Below, in pieces: positions 37,512-46,655 of a stretch of 64,000 bases of DNA (its first letter is position 1; each line of letters opens with the position of its first letter). Origin of the DNA: Methanosarcinales archaeon (GTDB lineage Bacteria; Omnitrophota; Gorgyraeia; Duberdicusellales; 4484-171); assembly GCA_048634245.1 (NCBI GenBank), contig JAIWAR010000001.1, positions 13,889-77,888 on the forward strand. The letters run 5' to 3'. A program made the position numbers and the translations under genes. The notes under the pieces are model-generated. The model was not told the origin of the DNA and did no database searches. It saw only the letters and a list, made by a program, of their open reading frames with translations.

Positions 37512-39047
37512 TTAGAGCAGGGGGAGGTATTTTTTAAGTTCGTGCTGAGTGATCTGGATTCGATACTCTTCCCACTCTTTCTTTTTATTGAATAGAAATC
37601 TGCTAAAGATATGTTCACCAAGAGTATCACGTACAAACTTGCTATTTTCAGTTTCCGTGATAGCTTCAAGAAGATTCCCCGGTAAAGACGTAAGCCCTCT
37701 TCTTTCTCTTTCTTCCATAGCCATATGGTAGATATTAGGTTCAACCGGCGGGGTAAGCTTATATTTTTTTTCTATGCCTTCTAGCCCGGCAGCCAGCATT
37801 ACAGCAAAGGCAAGATAGGGGTTGCAAGCCGGATCCGGACATCTTAGTTCTACCCGGGTTGCTTTTTCATTTCCCGGCCGATATGAGGGAACGCGAAGCA
37901 GGGCAGTGCGGTTTTTTTGAGCCCAAGAAGCGTATACCGGAGCTTCAAAACCCGTAACCAGCCGTTTGTAGGAGTTTACCCACTGAGCAGTCAAAGAACA
38001 AATTTCCCGGGCATGTTTTAACTGTCCGGCAATAAAGCTTTTAGCAATTGTTGATAAGTGATGTTTGTCTTTTTTGTCGAAAAAAGCATTTTGCTTTTTC
38101 GTAAATAGAGATTGATGGACATGCATTCCTGAACCATTCACTCCAAAGAGGGGTTTTGGCATAAAAGTAGCGTATACGCCATTCTGCTGAGCGATTTCTT
38201 TAATTACGTATTTACTGGTTATTACAGCATCAGCCATGGTAAGGGCATCGTTATATTTAAGGTCGATTTCATGCTGGGATGGCGCAACTTCGTGGTGGCT
38301 TGCTTCCATAGGTATGCCTAGCTGTTCTAAGGTTCTTACGGTTCTATTTCTTAAGGTATTGGCTAAATCATTAGGTATTAATTCAAAATAAGAACCTTCA
38401 TCAATAATTTCCGGTTTTTTGTCAGATTTAAAATAAAAATATTCTATTTCCGGCCCCACATAGAATGTAAGGCCCATTTTTTCAGTCCTTGCCATTATCC
38501 GTTTTAAAACATGGCGGGGGTCACCGGCATAAGGAGTGTGGTCAGGATTGAGTATGTCGCAGAACATTCTGACAATTGGGTCTGTTTCTGTTGTCCAGGG
38601 TAATATTTTAAAAGTAGTTGGGTCCGGTAAGGCAATGATATCAGATTCTTGAGCTTCGGCAAACCCGGTAACTGAAGAACCATCAAAGCCTTTTCCGTGT
38701 TCTAAGGCATCCTTTAATTCCCCTTGAGTGATAGAGACGCACTTTAGAGTTCCTAAGATGTCTGCGAACCAAAGCTGTATTATTTTTATGTCGCTTCTAT
38801 ACACTTTCTCCAAGACTTCTTTTATAGCTTCTTTTCTGGGTTTTTTATCCGAAAGAACAAGCTGTGTTTGAGAGTATTTTTCTGTTTTGATTTCTCTTTC
38901 TGAATGAACCTGGTTTTTAGGTATTATGTATCGGTTTCCTACTTTTTCAGCATACAGATTTCCGTTTTTTATACGCTCTACAACAGCTTGACGGGAAATC
39001 CTTAAGATCTTTGCGGCTTGGGCCGGGCTTAAATATTCTTGTTCCAT
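37512..39047 (-). CDS. glnA: Glutamine synthetase catalytic protein fused to an N-terminal excisionase/MerR-type HTH
   Basis: N-terminus LSPAQAAKILRISRQAVVERIKNGNL (HTH). GS signature KPLFGVNGSGMHVHQSLF and a beta-grasp region. It is the only minus-strand gene in the window. Confidence 0.85.
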   Translation of the reverse strand: MEQEYLSPAQAAKILRISRQAVVERIKNGNLYAEKVGNRYIIPKNQVHSEREIKTEKYSQTQLVLSDKKPRKEAIKEVLEKVYRSDIKIIQLWFADILGTLKCVSITQGELKDALEHGKGFDGSSVTGFAEAQESDIIALPDPTTFKILPWTTETDPIVRMFCDILNPDHTPYAGDPRHVLKRIMARTEKMGLTFYVGPEIEYFYFKSDKKPEIIDEGSYFELIPNDLANTLRNRTVRTLEQLGIPMEASHHEVAPSQHEIDLKYNDALTMADAVITSKYVIKEIAQQNGVYATFMPKPLFGVNGSGMHVHQSLFTKKQNAFFDKKDKHHLSTIAKSFIAGQLKHAREICSLTAQWVNSYKRLVTGFEAPVYASWAQKNRTALLRVPSYRPGNEKATRVELRCPDPACNPYLAFAVMLAAGLEGIEKKYKLTPPVEPNIYHMAMEERERRGLTSLPGNLLEAITETENSKFVRDTLGEHIFSRFLFNKKKEWEEYRIQITQHELKKYLPLL

Positions 39048-39101
39048 CTCTTAATCTCCTTTGTAAAGTAAAATATAGTAATACATTACAAGTGTAAAGC
39101 A

Positions 39102-39120
39102 TAATTTTACATTTGTCAAG
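39102..39120. promoter_or_regulatory. Inverted repeat TGTAAA-N7-TTTACA in the glnA/carB divergent region
   Basis: Resembles the TnrA/GlnR-type TGTNA-N7-TNACA nitrogen operators. Further TGTAAA/TTTACA copies lie at 39062, 39146, and the palindrome GTAAT-AC-ATTAC at 39078..39089. Confidence 0.4.
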
Positions 39121-39198
39121 TATTTTTTATAGTTTTTTTACATTTTGCTAAAATAGAAGCAAATATTAGCCTTTTTAAGGGTTTTTAAGGAAAAACTG

Positions 39199-39223
39199 TT
39201 GATTAAAGCCTGGCTTTGACCAG
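39199..39223. promoter_or_regulatory. Second, imperfect copy of the AAAGCCWGGCTTT-core palindrome
   Basis: TTGATTAAAGCC-T-GGCTTTGACCAG, with 9/12 arm matches, followed by GATAAAGA as at 21168. Confidence 0.6.
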
Positions 39224-39266
39224 GATAAAGAGTTTATGAGGTGGGTGTTATAAAGATAATATTTTT

Positions 39267-39295
39267 CTTGACTGAATGGTAAAAATGTTGGATAA
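39267..39295 (+). promoter_or_regulatory. Putative carB promoter (TTGACT - 17 nt - GATAAT)
   Basis: -35 element at 39267..39272, -10 element at 39290..39295. Confidence 0.4.
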
Positions 39296-39315
39296 TCATT
39301 TCCAATGTGGATAAA

Positions 39316-39365
39316 GGCGTCCTTTCTGCTTACAATGAAGTAGAAGGGGCGCTTTTTCTGTTTTT
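39316..39365 (+). terminator. Terminator-like hairpin plus T-run inside the carB 5' leader (candidate attenuator)
   Basis: GGCGTCCTTTCT - 14 nt loop - AGAAGGGGCGCT (a 12 bp stem including 3 G-U pairs), followed by TTTTTCTGTTTTT. Lies ~35 nt before the carB ribosome-binding site. Confidence 0.45.
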
Positions 39366-39397
39366 AGGAAAATATATTTTATTATGGAGGGAAAGCT

Positions 39398-42300
39398 ATG
39401 CCGCGATATGAAGATATTAAGAAAATTTTAATTATTGGTTCTGGGCCGATAATAATCGGACAAGCTTGCGAGTTTGATTATTCCGGCACCCAGGCCTGCA
39501 AAGCTTTGAAAGAGGAAGGGTATGAGGTTGTTTTGGTTAATTCCAATCCTGCCACCATTATGACTGACCCGGGTATGGCTGATAAAACTTATATTGAGCC
39601 GCTTACTATCGAAAGCTTAGAAATGATTATTGAGAAAGAGAGGCCTGATGCGCTTCTTCCTAATTTAGGCGGCCAGACCGCCCTTAATCTAACTTCTGGC
39701 CTTCACAAGGCGGGAATTTTAGAGAAATACGGAGTTAAAATTATTGGCGTTGCGGTTGATGCTATTGAACGCGGAGAAGATCGTCTTGCTTTTAAAGAGA
39801 CAATGAATGAACTAAATATCCCTCTTCCGAAATCTGAAATCAGCCATTCTGTTGAGGAGGCTGAAGCTATAGCGCAAGATATAGGGTATCCGGTAGTCTT
39901 GCGGCCGGCTTATACAATGGGAGGAACCGGCGGAGGAATTGTTTATAACGTAGAAGAGTTAAGAACCATTGCGACTAGAGGATTGGCTGTAAGCCTTGTT
40001 CATCAAATTTTAGTTGAAGAAGCGGTTATAGGGTGGGAAGAGTTAGAGTTGGAAGTTGTACGGGATCACAAGAATCAGAAGATTACCGTATGCTTTATTG
40101 AGAATATTGATGCTATGGGTGTGCATACCGGGGATAGCTTTTGTTCGGCCCCTATGCTTACTGTAAAAGAAGAGATACAGAAGAAATTGCAAGAATATTC
40201 TTACCGAATAGTTGACGCAATCGGCGTTGTCGGCGGAACAAATGTTCAATTTGCCCACAATCCTAAGGATGATAGGTTGGTAGTTATAGAGATTAATCCC
40301 AGGACATCCCGTTCTTCAGCCCTTGCCTCAAAAGCAACCGGTTTTCCTATAGCGCGTATTTCGGCAAAGTTAGCTGTTGGGATATCAATGGATGAAATTC
40401 CTTATTGGAAGGAAGGAACGCTGGAGAAGTATGAACCCGGTGGTGATTATGTTGTTATTAAATTTGCCCGCTGGGCGTTTGAGAAGTTTCCTAAAGCAAA
40501 GGATGTTTTGGGAACACAAATGAAGGCTGTTGGCGAGGTAATGAGTATTGGAAAAACATTTAAGGAAGCATTTCAGAAGGCCATTCGTTCTTTGGAGATA
40601 GGCCGGTATGGTTTAGGGGTTGAAAAATTCAAAGCTCTTTCTCTGGGAAAATTAAAAGAAAGGTTAAGCGTACCTTCAAGTGAGCGGATATTCTTGATGT
40701 ATGAAGCCTTGCGTAAAGGTGTTTCTGTTGATGAGTTACACAAAGTTACCCATATTCATCCTTGGTTTATTCAGGAGATGAAGGATCTTGTTGATTTTGA
40801 AGAAGAGATAGCTAAAGATGGATGGAAGGGGTTATCTGATAAAAGGTTAATCAAGGCAAAGGAGTGGGGATTTTCAGATAAGTATTTAGCCGGTTTTTTT
40901 AAGATAAAAGAGAAAGAGGTAAGAGAAAGGAGGACAGGGCTTGGAAAGATTTCTCACTACAATGCGGTTCCGGTTAGCGGGGTAAAAAATGCGGCTTATT
41001 ATTACTCTAGCTATAGTGGAGAAGATGAGGTGCCGGTATCACGGAATAAGAAAATATTAATTTTGGGCGGCGGGCCTAACCGAATTGGCCAGGGTATAGA
41101 GTTTGATTATACTTGTGTCCACGCGGCCTTTGCTTTACGGGATGAGGGGTATGAATCAGTCATGGTAAATTGTAATCCTGAGACGGTATCTACCGATTAT
41201 GATACTTCCAGCAAACTTTACTTTGAACCTCTGACAGTAGAAGATGTGTTGACTATTTACGAAAAAGAAAAACCTGACGGGGTAATTGTCCAATTTGGCG
41301 GACAAACGCCTTTAAATATTGCTCAAGAGCTAGAAGATAACGGTGTAAAAATTTTAGGCACAACGCCGAAGAATATTCGTTTAGCAGAAGACAGAGAATA
41401 TTTTAAGGAGAGGATGATTGCTCTTGATATTCTTCAGCCTGAGAGCGGCATAGCGCGGTCATTGGATGAGGCTGTAGAAATCGCCGGGGAAATCGGTTAC
41501 CCTCTTATGGTACGTCCTTCTTTTGTTTTAGGGGGGAGGGGCATGGAAATTATTTATAATGAGGGAATGCTGCGAAAATATGCCGAACGCGCCATTAAGG
41601 TAAATCCGGAATTCCCCATGCTTATTGATAGATTTCTCGAGCATGCCATTGAGGCGGAAGTCGATGCTCTTTCTGATGGAGAGGATGTACACGTTGCTGC
41701 CGTGATGGAACATATAGAGTTTGCCGGGGTTCATTCCGGTGATTCTGCTTGTGCTATTCCGACCAGGACCATAAAGCAAAAGCATCTAAAGATTATTGAG
41801 GAATATACTGTTAAAATAGCCAAAGAGCTTAGGGTTGCCGGGCTTATGAATATCCAGTATGCTATATGCGATGATAAAGTTTATGTATTGGAAGCTAATC
41901 CCAGAGCATCCCGGACAGTGCCTTTGGTTTCAAAAATTATGGGGCTTTCTATGGCACGCATAGCAACGCAGTTGATGCTTGGTAAAAAAATAAAAGATTT
42001 CCCGGAGCTTAAAAAACCTCGTAAGATTCCTTATGTAGGCGTTAAAGAAGCAGTTTTTCCTTTTAATATGTTTCCTGAAGTTGACCCCTTGTTGGGGCCC
42101 GAGATGAGGGCTACGGGAGAGGTTATGGGAATTGCTGATACTTTTGGGCTCGCTTTTTATAAAGCTCAGGTAGCCGCAAATTTAAAGCTTCCCCTGGAGG
42201 GAAATATCCTGTTTACCGTAACTGATAAAGATAAACCTGAAGTACTTCATGTAGCTAAAGGGTTTAATAAGCTGGGATTTAATATTTACGCTACAGAAGG

Positions 42301-42604
42301 AACCAGCCGTTTTCTTAAAGAAAACGGAATAAGCAATATAGAGGTAAAAAAACTTCACCAGGGAAGACCTAATCTTGCTGATATGATTAAAAACGGAGAT
42401 ATTCATCTTGTGATAAATACGCCTATTGGAAGTAATAGTAAATATGATGATAGCTATATTCGTATTATGGCTATACAGCAGAAGATTCCTTATATAACAT
42501 CCATGGCTGCCGCTCTTGCCAGTCTTGAGGGCGTGGAGGCTCTTAGAAAGGAAAAAACTTTACCAAAGTCTCTTCAGGAATATCATAAAGAGATTAAGGA
42601 TTAA
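39398..42604 (+). CDS. carB: Carbamoyl-phosphate synthase large subunit
   Basis: Two ATP-grasp halves and an MGS-like C-terminal domain over 1068 aa. No carA is adjacent. Confidence 0.95.
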   Translation: MPRYEDIKKILIIGSGPIIIGQACEFDYSGTQACKALKEEGYEVVLVNSNPATIMTDPGMADKTYIEPLTIESLEMIIEKERPDALLPNLGGQTALNLTSGLHKAGILEKYGVKIIGVAVDAIERGEDRLAFKETMNELNIPLPKSEISHSVEEAEAIAQDIGYPVVLRPAYTMGGTGGGIVYNVEELRTIATRGLAVSLVHQILVEEAVIGWEELELEVVRDHKNQKITVCFIENIDAMGVHTGDSFCSAPMLTVKEEIQKKLQEYSYRIVDAIGVVGGTNVQFAHNPKDDRLVVIEINPRTSRSSALASKATGFPIARISAKLAVGISMDEIPYWKEGTLEKYEPGGDYVVIKFARWAFEKFPKAKDVLGTQMKAVGEVMSIGKTFKEAFQKAIRSLEIGRYGLGVEKFKALSLGKLKERLSVPSSERIFLMYEALRKGVSVDELHKVTHIHPWFIQEMKDLVDFEEEIAKDGWKGLSDKRLIKAKEWGFSDKYLAGFFKIKEKEVRERRTGLGKISHYNAVPVSGVKNAAYYYSSYSGEDEVPVSRNKKILILGGGPNRIGQGIEFDYTCVHAAFALRDEGYESVMVNCNPETVSTDYDTSSKLYFEPLTVEDVLTIYEKEKPDGVIVQFGGQTPLNIAQELEDNGVKILGTTPKNIRLAEDREYFKERMIALDILQPESGIARSLDEAVEIAGEIGYPLMVRPSFVLGGRGMEIIYNEGMLRKYAERAIKVNPEFPMLIDRFLEHAIEAEVDALSDGEDVHVAAVMEHIEFAGVHSGDSACAIPTRTIKQKHLKIIEEYTVKIAKELRVAGLMNIQYAICDDKVYVLEANPRASRTVPLVSKIMGLSMARIATQLMLGKKIKDFPELKKPRKIPYVGVKEAVFPFNMFPEVDPLLGPEMRATGEVMGIADTFGLAFYKAQVAANLKLPLEGNILFTVTDKDKPEVLHVAKGFNKLGFNIYATEGTSRFLKENGISNIEVKKLHQGRPNLADMIKNGDIHLVINTPIGSNSKYDDSYIRIMAIQQKIPYITSMAAALASLEGVEALRKEKTLPKSLQEYHKEIKD

Positions 42605-42616
42605 GGAGGAATAGTA

Positions 42617-44134
42617 ATGGCTAGACGGATAGGTTTTGATAATCAAAAGTACCTTAACGAACAAACAGAAGCTATACTGGAGAGAGTAGGGAGATTCAAC
42701 AATAAGCTTTACCTTGAATTCGGGGGTAAGATTATTTTTGACTATCATGCTTCAAGAGTCCTGCCGGGTTTTAATCACAATGTGAAGATGATGCTTTTAC
42801 AAAAACTAAAGGATAAAGCTGATATTATCCTTTGTATATATGCCGGTGATATTGCCCGAAGAAAAGTTAGGGCGGATTTCGGAATTACTTATGATGCAGA
42901 TACTTTAAAACTGATTGATGATTTGCGGAGCTGGGGCATTAATATGGCCGCGGTGGTAATAACCCGTTTTGATAACCAGCCGGCAGCTGAAATATTTAAA
43001 AACAAATTAGAACGCAGAGGCGTAAAGGTTTATACTCATTCTTTTACAAAAGGCTATCCTACTGATGTGGATTTGATTGTAAGCGATGAAGGTTATGGGA
43101 TAAATACTTACATCGAAACTGAAAAGCCTTTAGTTGTAGTTACCGGCCCCGGCCCGGGAAGCGGAAAACTTGCTACTTGCCTTTGCCAGCTTTATCATGA
43201 ATATAAAAGAGGAGTAAAGGCGGGGTATGCAAAGTTTGAAACTTTTCCTATTTGGAATATCCCTCTTAAGCACCCGGTTAATATAGCTTATGAAGCGGCT
43301 ACAGCTGATTTAAGAGATTTTAATCTTGTTGATCCTTTTCATCTGGAAACTTACCAGAAAACGGCAATTAATTATAACCGGGATGTTGAGGCTTTTCCTC
43401 TTGTTGAACGTATATTGGGAAAAATTACCGGGATTGGGAAAATGTATAAATCTCCTACGGATATGGGGGTGAATAAGGCCGGTTTTGGGATTATAGATGA
43501 TGATGTAGTAAAAGATGCCGCAAAACAGGAGATCATTCGCAGGTTTTTTAGGTATAAGTGTGAATACGCAATGGGTCTTTGTGATAAAGGGACAGTCCAG
43601 CGGGTAGAGCTGATTATGAAAGAACTCGGCCTTCAATCTGAAGATCGCTGCGTGGTCAAACCGGCCAATGATGCTCTTTGTGAGGCTGAGAAAAAAAATA
43701 AAGGGCATGAAGGTGTTTTTTGCGGTGCTGCCATAGAGCTTGAAAACAGTTCTGTAATTACAGGAAAGAACTCAGACCTTATGCATGCAGCAGCTAGTCT
43801 TGTGTTTAATGCTATAAAGAAGTTAGCCGGGATACCGGACAAGATTCATCTTTTGTCTCCGGCCATAATAGAGTCAATAGGAAACTTGAAGAAAAATATT
43901 TCAGGTGTAAAAACAATAAGTTTGGATTTAGAAGAGGCTTTGATCGCTTTAAGTATCAGTGCTACTACAAATCCAACAGCCCAATTGGCTATGGAGAAAC
44001 TTAAAGAACTTGGGGGGTGTGAGGTTCATACTACTCATATGCCTACTTCCGGTGATGAAGCCGGCCTGCGTAAGCTGGGAGTCAATCTTACTAGTGCGCC
44101 GAATTTTTCTTCCAAAAGTCTTTTTATAGTATAA
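42617..44134 (+). CDS. Conserved hypothetical protein (505 aa) with a glycine-rich GPGPGSGK loop
   Basis: No confident family assignment by eye. Tightly linked (12 nt gap) to carB. Confidence 0.5.
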   Translation: MARRIGFDNQKYLNEQTEAILERVGRFNNKLYLEFGGKIIFDYHASRVLPGFNHNVKMMLLQKLKDKADIILCIYAGDIARRKVRADFGITYDADTLKLIDDLRSWGINMAAVVITRFDNQPAAEIFKNKLERRGVKVYTHSFTKGYPTDVDLIVSDEGYGINTYIETEKPLVVVTGPGPGSGKLATCLCQLYHEYKRGVKAGYAKFETFPIWNIPLKHPVNIAYEAATADLRDFNLVDPFHLETYQKTAINYNRDVEAFPLVERILGKITGIGKMYKSPTDMGVNKAGFGIIDDDVVKDAAKQEIIRRFFRYKCEYAMGLCDKGTVQRVELIMKELGLQSEDRCVVKPANDALCEAEKKNKGHEGVFCGAAIELENSSVITGKNSDLMHAAASLVFNAIKKLAGIPDKIHLLSPAIIESIGNLKKNISGVKTISLDLEEALIALSISATTNPTAQLAMEKLKELGGCEVHTTHMPTSGDEAGLRKLGVNLTSAPNFSSKSLFIV

Positions 44135-44230
44135 ATAAAAAAGGGGAGGCTTCTATTTTTTTTAAAAAGATAATCGTAGACGCAAAAAAACAGAAACGTC
44201 CCCTTTTTTTCAAATGATGGAGGTAACAAG

Positions 44231-45655
44231 ATGAGCGGAATGTTTGGTGTGGTTTCAAAGGATGACTGTGCGGATCTTTTGTTTTATTCTACAGATTATC
44301 ACTCCCACTTGGGAACTGAATATGGGGGCTTGGCGATTCTTGGAGACGAATTTGAGCGGCAGATACATAAAATATCTCAGAGTCAATTTAAATCGAAATT
44401 CTATGATGACTATAAGCAGATGAAAGGGAATAAAGGTATTGGCGTTATCAGCGCTCTTGAAGAACAGCCGATATATTTAAATTCTAAATTTGGCCCGTTC
44501 TGTATAGTTACCAATGGGTTTATCGAGAATGCTGAAGAATTAGTAGAAGGCCTTTTTAAAAAAGGGATTTCTTTTGCGGAGGTAATTAAAGGCGGAGTCA
44601 ATACAACAGAACTCATAGCAAAGCTTATTGGCCAGGGAGATAGCATAATAGATGGCATAGAGAAGATGTTCTGCCGGATAAAAGGATCTTGCTCTCTTTT
44701 ATTGCTGAATAAAGACGGGGTATATGCGGCAAGAGACAGATTCGGGTATACGCCTCTTGTAGTCGGAAAACGTGATGGCGTTTTCGCTGTTACTTCTGAA
44801 ACTTGCGCTTTTCCAAATAATGATATTAAGATAACCAAATACGTAGAACCGGGTGAAATAATTTTGATAAGCGAAAGGGGTATAGAGCAGAAAAAATCCG
44901 GCGGAGATGTAAGCCAAATTTGCGCGTTTTTGTGGATTTATGCTGGATTTCCGGCATCAAGCTATGAAGGAATAAATACCGAAGTTGTAAGGGAAAGATG
45001 CGGACATCTTTTGGCTAAACGTGATAAAGATATAAAAGCGGATGTAGTTTCCGGGGTTCCGGATTCAGGAACGGCCCATGCAATAGGATATGCTATTGAG
45101 AGCCGTAGCCCTTACAGAAGGCCGTTGGTAAAATATACTCCCGGGTATGGTAGAAGCTATACTCCACCCTCTCAGGAGACGCGCGACTTGATCGCTAAAA
45201 TGAAGCTTATCGCGATAAAAGAGATAATTGACGGCAATAGAATTATCGTTTGTGATGACTCTGTGGTAAGAGGGACCCAGCTTAAGAATTTTACTGTAAA
45301 GAAGCTTTGGGAGTCAGGTGCCAAAGAAGTTCACGTAAGGCCTGCTTGTCCGCCTTTAATGTTTCCTTGTAAATTCAATTTATCTACGCGCAGCATTCAG
45401 GAACTTGCCGCCAGAAGAGCTATTCGGAATATCGAAGGAGATGATTTAGAAGATGTTTCTGAATACGTTGACTGCGGTTCTGAAAAATATAAAAAAATGG
45501 TAGAGTGGATTGCTAATGATTTAGGAGTTACTACGCTTAGATATCAAACAGTGGATGATATGGTTGAGGCGATCGGCCTGCCTAAAGAGAAACTTTGTCT
45601 TTACTGCTGGACCGGGAAATGTTCAAGGACAACAAAACGCGCGAAAGAGAAGTAA
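44231..45655 (+). CDS. PurF-like Ntn amidotransferase-PRTase with Ser in place of the canonical N-terminal Cys
   Basis: N-terminus MSGMFGV (canonical PurF is MCGIVG). Type I PRTase motif IIVCDDSVVRGTQ. C-terminal CxxC cysteines. Confidence 0.65.
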   Translation: MSGMFGVVSKDDCADLLFYSTDYHSHLGTEYGGLAILGDEFERQIHKISQSQFKSKFYDDYKQMKGNKGIGVISALEEQPIYLNSKFGPFCIVTNGFIENAEELVEGLFKKGISFAEVIKGGVNTTELIAKLIGQGDSIIDGIEKMFCRIKGSCSLLLLNKDGVYAARDRFGYTPLVVGKRDGVFAVTSETCAFPNNDIKITKYVEPGEIILISERGIEQKKSGGDVSQICAFLWIYAGFPASSYEGINTEVVRERCGHLLAKRDKDIKADVVSGVPDSGTAHAIGYAIESRSPYRRPLVKYTPGYGRSYTPPSQETRDLIAKMKLIAIKEIIDGNRIIVCDDSVVRGTQLKNFTVKKLWESGAKEVHVRPACPPLMFPCKFNLSTRSIQELAARRAIRNIEGDDLEDVSEYVDCGSEKYKKMVEWIANDLGVTTLRYQTVDDMVEAIGLPKEKLCLYCWTGKCSRTTKRAKEK

Positions 45656-45679
45656 AAAGGATCTTAGTGGATATTTTTC

Positions 45680-45708
45680 TTTACAAGTTAATGTTGGTAT
45701 TGTATAAT
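45680..45708 (+). promoter_or_regulatory. Strong sigma70-type promoter upstream of hisG (TTTACA - 17 nt - TATAAT)
   Basis: -35 element at 45680..45685, -10 element at 45703..45708, with TG immediately upstream of the -10. Confidence 0.55.
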
Positions 45709-45729
45709 TTGGTTCGCTAAGGATTAAAA

Positions 45730-46605
45730 ATGAAGACATTAAAGTTAGGAATACCTAAAGGGAGTTTGCAGGAGAAGACCTTAGAGCTTTTTCGTATGGG
45801 GGGCTTTAATATCTATCTGAGCCCAAGGTCTTATTTTCCTTCTATCGATGATAGTGAGATCAAAATTGTGCTTATACGGGCTCAGGAGATGTCACGCTAT
45901 GTTGAAGAAGGGGTTTTAGATTGCGGGATTACCGGTGAGGATTGGATTTTAGAGAATGGTTCAAGTGTTTTAAAAGTAGCCCAGCTGTCTTATGCTAAAA
46001 GAACCCTTAATCCGGTAAAATGGGTGGTGGCGGTAAGAGAGGACTCTCGGATAAAGAAATTAAAAGATTTAAAAGGAAAGAGAGTGGCGACAGAGCTGCT
46101 AAAGTACACCAAAAGGTTTTTTAAAGCTAAAAAGATAAATGTGGAAGTGGAATTTAGCTGGGGCGCTACTGAGGTTAAGGTAAAAAGCGGCCTTGTGGAT
46201 GCAATAGTCGAGCTTACCGAAACCGGAGAAAGCCTGAAGGCTAATGGTTTGAAGGTAATTGATGTGGTGTGCTCTTCAACTACACAATTTATCGCTAATA
46301 AGTCTTCTTATAAGAATAATTGGAAGAAGAAAAAAATACAGCAAATTTTGCTGCTGCTTAAAGGAGCTCTGGAAGCCAGGGCTAAAGTCGGCCTTAAACT
46401 GAATATAAAAGAAGAAAGTTTGACTAAGATTTTAGCTATTCTTCCGGCCTTGAAGAAGCCGACGATTTCCCATTTGACTCTAAAGAATTGGGTTGCTTGT
46501 GAGGTTGTTGTGGAAGAGAGCCAGGTGCGTAAAATTTTGCCTTTGTTGAAAGAAAATGGGGCTCAAGGAATAATAGAGTACCCTTTGAATAAAGTAATAT
46601 ATTAG
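45730..46605 (+). CDS. hisG: ATP phosphoribosyltransferase, long form
   Basis: LKLGIPKGSL and DCGITGED motifs. C-terminal regulatory domain. 291 aa. Confidence 0.8.
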   Translation: MKTLKLGIPKGSLQEKTLELFRMGGFNIYLSPRSYFPSIDDSEIKIVLIRAQEMSRYVEEGVLDCGITGEDWILENGSSVLKVAQLSYAKRTLNPVKWVVAVREDSRIKKLKDLKGKRVATELLKYTKRFFKAKKINVEVEFSWGATEVKVKSGLVDAIVELTETGESLKANGLKVIDVVCSSTTQFIANKSSYKNNWKKKKIQQILLLLKGALEARAKVGLKLNIKEESLTKILAILPALKKPTISHLTLKNWVACEVVVEESQVRKILPLLKENGAQGIIEYPLNKVIY

Positions 46606-46655
46606 TAGGGGTTAGTTCTTGTACCGGCCCGGATCAATCATCTTTTGGAGATAAT

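Noticed and set aside
37466-37744. Small ORFs at the 3' end of glnA (37466..37744 on minus strand, 37549..37731 on plus strand)
   Set aside because: They overlap the conserved C-terminus of the glutamine synthetase gene. They are alternative-frame and opposite-strand artefacts.
39150-39200. PyrR-type attenuator binding loop upstream of carB
   Set aside because: The AGCCTTTTTAAGGGTTTTTAAGG region lacks the CCAGAGAGG-like core of PyrR binding loops, and no pyrR gene is present nearby.
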